This document shows positions 55,139 through 64,000 of a stretch of 64,000 nt of DNA, piece after piece. Source of the stretch: the human T2T-CHM13v2.0 reference genome, Homo sapiens. The notes under the pieces were generated by a model. That model saw nothing but the letters and a program-made list of their open reading frames with translations. It did not search any database and had not been told where the DNA came from. Location of the stretch: assembly GCF_009914755.1 (NCBI RefSeq), contig NC_060939.1; one strand, 5' to 3'. The position numbers and the translations under genes were made by a program. Position 1 is the first letter of the stretch. Every line of letters begins with the position of its first letter.

Positions 55139-55891
55139 TTGTGAAAGTTTGGCTCGGAGCTACGCGCTGATTAATATCAGATCTCCTTCACTCGCCTCGC
55201 CACAATCTTGTCACATCTGGCTGACAAATCCCGAGGAACTCCGGCAAAGCCAGGCGGCGGCGGGGCTCCGGGTCTGGGCGGCGGCTCCGGAGGAGCAGCG
55301 GGAGACCCCGCAGCGGCCTCCTCCTTCTCCGCCCGCGGCCCCCAGCCTCGCCGCCGCCGCCCGGCTCCCAGCACGGAACCGACGGGGCGCTCCCGAGACG
55401 GGCGAGCCACGCGCTCGCAGGTCCCAAGGCCAGGCTGGGCGGGACTGTTAAGGGAGCTCGAAGTCGGGGGCCGGGGGCTTCCCGTCCCGGCGCTTCCCAT
55501 GCAAACCCCTGAAGGAAGCGGCAGGCGCAGCCGCGGGCTCCGCAGCCCAGGCCCACTTCCTGTCACTCCAGGAAAACCTCGGAGCGGCGGACGCGGCTCG
55601 GCCCGGCTTCCAGCCCAGAGCCCAAGCGCCTTAGCCCCGTCCCAGCGCTTTCTGAAAGACGGGCCACCTCGCGCGGAGCCGCGACAAGGACTCCAGGGTC
55701 CGCAGTGAAGCTGGTCAAATCTGCCCCGCACACGGTCAACGCTCGGTCTGTGTCCCGGAAGCTTTCGGACCGGACCTGTCTAAATAGCGACTTTCAGTCG
55801 TGGGTTTTTTGTTCTTGTGGGTTTGTTTTGTTTTTTGTTGTTGTTGTTGCTCTACAAAAGATTTGTCCCGCAGTGGACGGGAGCCTCCTCA

Positions 55892-56800
<909 letters not shown>

Positions 56801-57173
56801 TCAGCGCAGCTGAGGCGAGGCCGTGGCCCCCGCAGACCGCGGAGACCTCGCCGGCGGCCGGCGCGGAGGTGTCTGCCCCCGCCGGGCTTGAAGGCACTTG
56901 TTGGTAAAAGACACAGACGTGTCGGTGTTTGCCTCTCCCGGGGAAGGGCGAAACGCTCTGAAGTTCTCTGGCGCTCTTCTCAGGAGATGATTCGGCCTCC
57001 CCTCCTACCCTGGGGCGCCCTCGGGGTCTCACTGCCGCGGAGGAAGAAGGCAGCGCCGCCCTCGCCTGCAGAAACCTCATTCCCGAGAAAGTGCGGGACG
57101 AGCGTCTTGGGATGTGGAAGAAGGGGGTCGCCAGGAGGTTTTCTTAAGAACTCAAAACAAGCGCCCCCCACCG

Positions 57174-57204
57174 CACACGCACACACACACACACACACAC
57201 ACAC
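57174..57204 (+). repeat. (CA)n microsatellite upstream of BNC1 exon 1a
   Basis: cacacgcacacacacacacacacacacacac. Confidence 0.9.
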
Positions 57205-60200
57205 CCCTTCCCTTGGGTGGTCTGAAGAGTCAAAGTCCCAGCTTGACCACTTTCCCAGGACAAATGGCTTTGCTCTCTGGGCCTCAGTGGCTTCAGTTGT
57301 AAAATGGGATTAAGTTTTTCGCGTCTTATTGGATGCTAGGGACGGAATGAAATGAAGTGCCCTGGAGAAGCCAACTGGAGGTGGTGGCCCCGAGAGTAGA
57401 CGCGGAGGGGCTGAGGCCGCAGGATCCTGGAGCCCAGGAGCTGACGGAGATCGCCCACAGCTGCTGCAGCAGCGCCCGGGTTTCTGCTGCCCCGGGGCAG
57501 GGCAAGCCTCTCCCAACCTCTTCAGCTCCTTAAAAGGAGTCTGTAAAGGCTAGACTGGGGGGGCGGCGGGGGTCCTGCTTCCTCTTCCCTCAGTTTCTTC
57601 CACCTGCCTTGCTGCTGGTGGGGATCCTTGAAAAGGAAACAAAGCTCTTCCTTCCCTCTCTGAGAGGAAAAGGAAGATGAAGTGAGTTGCCCTCAGCCAC
57701 CCAGAGTGTGCCTGGTTGTGGCTATGGAAGGCACAGGCAGGTGGAAGGCTTCTGAGGGGAAGAGAAGGGAAAGGAGGGAACAAGGTGTACGAGGAAGAAT
57801 GTGTGGGTGTCTGGGCGTCCTGGGGTCCAGCGGGTCCTTCTGCCTCTCCTGGGGTGGACACACAGGTGAGTGTCCTGGGCCTGATGTGTGGCGCCTTTCC
57901 TTGTAGGCTTGAAGTCTCCTGGCCTCACGTGATGGACCTTGCCGTGGGAGGAGATTCTTTTTTTTTTTTTTCACGTGGCTAACTTCTTGATGTAGCTTTG
58001 CTAGATTCATTCCGCATCTAAACTGCTTACCTCTCATTCCTCCGTGCCCCCGTATTGAGGCCTTTCTTCTAACACCTCCTTCTCTGTTTGTTGTAACACA
58101 GTGCATCTTTGAAGGACTTTCTGGAATGTCACCACATCTCAGAAACCTTCCCTGATCCACCAAGCCTCCACTCGATGTGCTTTTGCCCTGTTGTGACCCC
58201 CAGGCACTTTTTTCTGCCTCTTTCATCGTGCCAGTAGCATTGTGTAGCCTAGTTGTGATGTGTGCTTGTCTTAATTCCTTTGGTGGTTACTCATCTTAGT
58301 GGCTTCTGTGCTATGAGATACGGTAGCAGATAAACCTCTGGTTTTGCAGTCATAGTGACCCAGGGATAGCTCATTCCTAGCAACTGGAAACTGGCTGAGG
58401 AAGTCAGCCTTCTTGGCCCCTCTTTTCTTCTCTATAAAAGCAGATATGAAAGCCTGTCTCAGGCCAGATTGGTAGGACTAAATAAAATAGTCTCTGTTCT
58501 GCAAACCCTCTCCCCCTTTCCTTTCTGCTGCATCTAAAACCAATTTCTGGATTAACTTAAATTTGTTACCTACAATAATATTGTAACCAAGAGAGATCCT
58601 TGATGACAATATTACTGAATGCCACCTATGCCTATTATAAATACACCACAATGTCTATGTCCCAGGCGGTGGCCCACTTCAATAACTTTAATCTGTCCAG
58701 TTGAAAGTTTTGGTCATTATCTTTATATTAATTGCAACTAAATTATATGTGTTTTAGTAAAACTTTCTGCTAGCAACAAATATCAGAATCAACTGTGTAA
58801 CTCTATTCCTGGCTACAAACACAAGAAGGATTCTGGCAGTACATAATTTGAAAACATGAAAACAAGCTGCCTCTTCCAACATGTACTGTTGGGATCGACA
58901 GATACATTTTTTTCAAATGTGACAATTTGGACCGACATATAGGGAATCAGTAGGTCGAGATAAAAATTACTAATTAATCTTTTGCAGTTTCATTTTAAAT
59001 CATGTACCTGATAGTACCATGTGACCTCTGACATCAGTCCTCAAATTTATTTCTCAGGTCTGATGGGCTTCTCTGCCATTCCCTGGAAATGTTAAGTAGA
59101 AACAGGAACAGAGAAACCACCTGTGCCTGTAGACAGGAGTGTGGTACTGGCTGGGTAAAGACTACCCAGACCATCTTCCTGTTTTCCTGCTGGTTACCAG
59201 TGGGGTCTGGTATGGCCTTTCCCTCCTCTAGACCTCACCTTTTTCATCTGGCAAATGAGAGCATCTCTGAGAGCCCATCCTGCTCTTGCAAAGTCCTCAC
59301 GTTTTGCTTCTATGTTTCAACCTTGCCATTTTCTTTTGTGGCAAGTTCTTTGTCTTGGCAAGTGATAAAAACAGATTGTCTTCCCTAACTTTACATTATC
59401 AAGTACTAAAAGAAACTTTATTAAAATTGGAAAGATTGAGAAGATACAAAATAATGAAATCTTTGTGACCTGATGATAAGGAGGTAAGAATCAGCTCTTC
59501 TGAGATGCAGGGCTTGATTAGGTTGCTGTGTCTCTGACTGAGGCATTTCCCAGAGTGAATGTGTTGTCACTCTCCATCCTGAGAATCAATGACAAATGCT
59601 GAGGGGCTGGGCAGGCTGAGTCAGGGGGAAGTGGGGAGGTGGGGGGCCATGTGAACCCAGAGCCAGTGCCTGTCTGAAGTGGGCAGTAGTTAACTCTACT
59701 TGTCATCAGCCAGGAATGTGGGCTCAGTTTTGCCAGATTTCTTGCGTTTTCAAGAGAAACTGTAAATGTTCTGATGTTTAAAAGTTGGCAACCAATTCAA
59801 ATTTTTGATAAATACAGTATGAGTCAAAGAAAATGTTTGCGAGCTGAATCTGGCCAATGTGCTATTCATTTCCACACTCTGCTATATAGTGATGTCTTCT
59901 TGAGGCCTGGGATTGTAGCACATAATAGACGTGCAATAAATATTTGTAGTGTGAACATCACTCCTGATGGAGAACAGCTTATAACCTCCCTAAGTTTTAA
60001 ATGGAATTCTCGAAAAACACACTGAGATTAGACACAACCTTTTGTGTTGGATCTGAAGTCCGCAAATGGGCAGGTAAACCTTTCTAATATTTACACCCTA
60101 GAAGACCCCCTCTGGTTGTCAATAAATAATTCTGTTAAATACAGAATAGCCTCTTCTTAGGAAACTAAATCTCACAAGCAGTTTTTCCCCAGTGGGGACA

Positions 60201-61405
60201 GATGAGCTTGAAAAAAATTTTAAAGAATATTTTTAATCATGGAAATCGTATTAGAAAAAAAAGCACCTTTTAGCTGTAGAGGTTTGGGCACTAACAGTGG
60301 GAACATCATGATACTACAGCAGGTCAGGCAAGCAGGTAATCTGCCTAAGGAGGTAGCCGCCTCTCACTTGAGCCCACCAGCGGCCTGGAGGAGGAGCCAG
60401 CCCTGGGGCTGTTGGCAGAAAGACAGGGTGAGGGCCAAAGGGTCAGGGCAGGCCTTTTGAAATAGCAGGGTGGGCAGAGAGCAGTGGCCCTGTCGGCCTT
60501 CTGTGGTGTCCTCTCCTGAGTCCTCCACATTCCTCTGAGGTGTCAGGAAACAGCAGGAGGCAAGAGTCACATTTGTGCCGTCACCTCCCGGCCCAGAGAC
60601 ATACACCTGGTGGCGGCAGGTCTGGGCACATCTGCAGCTTGGCTCGGTGTTAGAGCCTGACTAAGCAGCACTTGGGCCAAACTGGCCCCCCCACGCAGCT
60701 GTCTGCTGGGGGACAGGCTGGCCTACCACAAACCTGGCACAGGTGTCACAATTTCCCCTCTTCAGCTCCAGGGCTGCTCCCTTTTGAGGGAGAGGACATG
60801 AGGCCATCCCAAATGTGGCCCAGGGTTTTGGTGGCAAAAGATTGTTCCTGTTCCTCAATTTCTCACACAAGGCCTGGGGTTGAAGGGAGCAAAATACCCT
60901 GCAGGTCGTGCTACACAGAGGCGAATGCACTGTGCCTGGCATTTTGGGTTTTGCCAAAGATTGCCAGATCTCAAGGGGGTGGTGGGAGTTGGTGTCAGCG
61001 AGGAAGTGATAAATACAATAGTAAATTCCAAAGTGAAAACAAACCCAGGCCTGATTCGTAATTACTGCTTGCCTGAATGTGGCTGCCAGTGATGCAACTT
61101 GTGAGCCTCAGTGGCATCTTCTGCAACCAGAAAATTCTCATTTCTGAAACAGACGAAGGCTTATAATGATTTTTTCAAGTGGAATGCTTGGAGCAAATAT
61201 TGAAAGTTTGGCTACCATTGTTTTGGTATGTCTGGGGTGTGTGAAGTTAGCTTCTCATTTAGGCTGTTGTCCATGGCCTTTAAACAGTCAGCAACAGTCA
61301 CAAGAAGGCAATGGCTTGCCTTCCAGACAACTCATTCTTTCATCACCAAGGCAGTGGGAAGAAAATACCACAGGTTAACTTATCCCTGGACACTTTGTTT
61401 AGTAA

Positions 61406-61643
61406 TAAGCTTGTCCAATCTAAGTTCTGTGGGCCACATGTGGTCCAGGAGAGCTTTGAATGCAGCCCAACATTCAAAGTTTAAATTCTTAAACTTTCTT
61501 AAAACATTACGAGTTTTTTTGTTTTTTGTTTTGTTTTGGTTTTTGCTCATCAGCTATCATTAGTGTTAGTGTATTTGATGTGTGGCCCAAGACAATTCTT
61601 CTTCCAATGTGGTCCAGGGAAGCCAAAAGATTGGACATCCCTG
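61406..61643 (-). mobile_element. MER30
   Basis: AAGCTTGTCCAA...GGCCCAAGACAATTCTTCTTCCAATGTGGTCCAGGGAAGCCAAAAGATTGGACATCCCTG. Confidence 0.85.
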
Positions 61644-62229
61644 ATTTAGTACTACACATGTGGAAGAAATACTTAGTTGGTGAAAATCCCTTAAACTAGG
61701 CACTTTACAGATTGAGTTGGTGAATTTGGGGCGAGTTTCATGAGGACAGGACAGGTCCTGCTTGGATGGGTTTTGGGAGGCTGGTGAACATATATCAGAA
61801 AACTTTTAAAGTTCATTATGCCTTGGAACATGGTGTCTTCTGCAGATTTAATGATCCATTATCCAAGGTGAAGGAGGATATATTTGGTTAGGTCATATTG
61901 CTTTCGGAAACTGAGGATAAAAGGGTTAGGGAAGATGGGCTATAGGACAAATTTTGAATCATTCTCACTCACTGATATCAAATGGTAAAAACATTTTTAG
62001 GGGGATAATTTTTGTATATTCTTAAGGGAAGAGAGAACTCTGCAAAAAAAATTTGAGTTACCCATTTTGTTGTTTTTGAAAAAGTAAAACCACTTTAAAT
62101 GTCTGACTTAGAAATTTTATAGAAAACAGATTCCCCTTTATAGAGTTTATGTCTGATATTGAATAAAAAAATTAATTAGCAATCCAGGCTGTGCATGAAA
62201 AAAGATTATAGCAGGCAGTATGATGTGTG

Positions 62230-62712
62230 ACTGGCCTCTTCACCCTTCCTTTCATTCCTTCTCGGCAGTGTAGCAGCTATGTTCTCTGGGTAATCAACCC
62301 CAGTCCCAGAGGTGATTGGCTCAGGTGACCCATGCCTAAACCAATCAGCACCAAGGTATTTTCCTGGGCACAGGAATTGGTTCCAGGTCGTCCAATCAGC
62401 TTAAAGCTCAGAACTTTTGTTTGATGGGCATGAAATGCCGAGTTCTTTTTTTCCCATAGGGGGTGAAGAAGGATAACATGTAATCCCTGTTGTTCCTGGC
62501 ATCTTGTGAATAATAAAGGGAAATCGGGCTGGGAATAGAGCTGACATGTGGAGATGAGAGCTCAGAGAATTGTAGAGAAATTCAGCTGGAGCTCTGATTC
62601 ACGCCTGAAGCCTTTGGGCTTCATGGATCTGTGAAAAATTAAATCACTTTTGTCACTTAAGCCAGTTTGAGATTTTTTTTTTTTATTTTTAAGAGAAAGC
62701 TTCTCAACTGAT
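62230..62712 (+). mobile_element. MLT1 (MaLR) LTR remnant
   Basis: GTGATTGG...CCAATCAG..., GCCTGAAGCC, TTAAGCCAGTTTGAG motifs typical of MLT1K/L. Confidence 0.55.
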
Positions 62713-63011
62713 ATAGAAACTTACCTTCAGTTTTACTGGAAGATTATTCTGGATGAAGGAAGGATAAGTGACATACCAACTGTTCTCTGTCATAACAGTC
62801 TTTGTTCATTATTTGCATTTTTAGATGACATTGGTGATGGAGGATTAGGAGAGAACCTCCTGACACAGACCTTCAATCCACAAACGCTGGGTCAAGTGAA
62901 GAGATTTTTCCAATCAAAGTACATTGATGCTGTAATCATTAGTTTTTTCCTTACTATTAAGTAAAATATTTTCCAGAAATGCACTGACCACATACTTTGA
63001 TTTTTTAATAA

Positions 63012-63652
<641 letters not shown>

Positions 63653-64000
63653 AGGACTGCTGATTTTTGCTATATCTAGCACAGTGCTCTTCTGTACACT
63701 GTAGGTGCTTCTTAAATGTGGGCTTTACCTATACATTTATAAATGAAGAGATTTAAACACATATTCCTGACTTGTAGCTCCTTAAAAGTACCTTCTTGTA
63801 AATGGCATAATAGAAGACTTCTAAAAATGTAATTGGTAACTGTGCTTGGAAATCTACTTTGTCAAACTGTGGCTTCTACACCTTGTCTCCAACACCAAAT
63901 CAGTTTTGATACTGATGTTTCCCAGAGGTGTGGCTTTTAATCCTCAAATTACAGCACAGGTTTTAACAGGCCAGTTTTGTCTGTCACCAGGAGTTTAGTA

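Noticed and set aside
57500-57509. p53/p63 half-site GGGCAAGCCT upstream of BNC1
   Set aside because: No correctly spaced second half-site, and isolated half-sites are common; needs ChIP data
58660-58975. Unique AT-rich stretch with a few retained CpGs, considered as a pseudogene or conserved element
   Set aside because: No recognisable ORF, RNA motif or repeat match by eye; cannot be supported without a database search

Overview
Primate DNA, almost certainly human (it carries an AluYa5 copy). It contains the complete basonuclin-1 gene (BNC1) on the minus strand. Five coding exons (56456-56554, 40048-40147, 38751-38986, 34866-36730, 29358-30042) have canonical GT-AG boundaries and compatible phases. 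They sum to 2985 nt, i.e. 994 aa plus stop, encoding three pairs of C2H2 zinc fingers and the [13 protein letters not shown] second in-frame first exon (55061-55138, MRCRNMFF...) lies in the same CpG island (~55040-57500). The ~1.5 kb 3'UTR has three AATAAA signals plus CPE- and Pumilio-like motifs. The rest is mostly transposon debris: an ancient ERVL pol/IN/dUTPase relic with an LTR, a solo MER11 LTR with a 6-bp TSD, several L1s, about 25 Alus, hAT/Tigger MITEs, and L2/MIR/MLT fragments. I see no evidence of a new biological system. The points most worth checking are regulatory or structural: a strong CTCF site with its upstream module, alternative starts, 3'UTR control elements, inverted Alus around exons 2-4, two local duplications in intron 4, and a young AluYa5. 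Repeat family names come from recognising consensus sequences by eye, and repeat boundaries are approximate.
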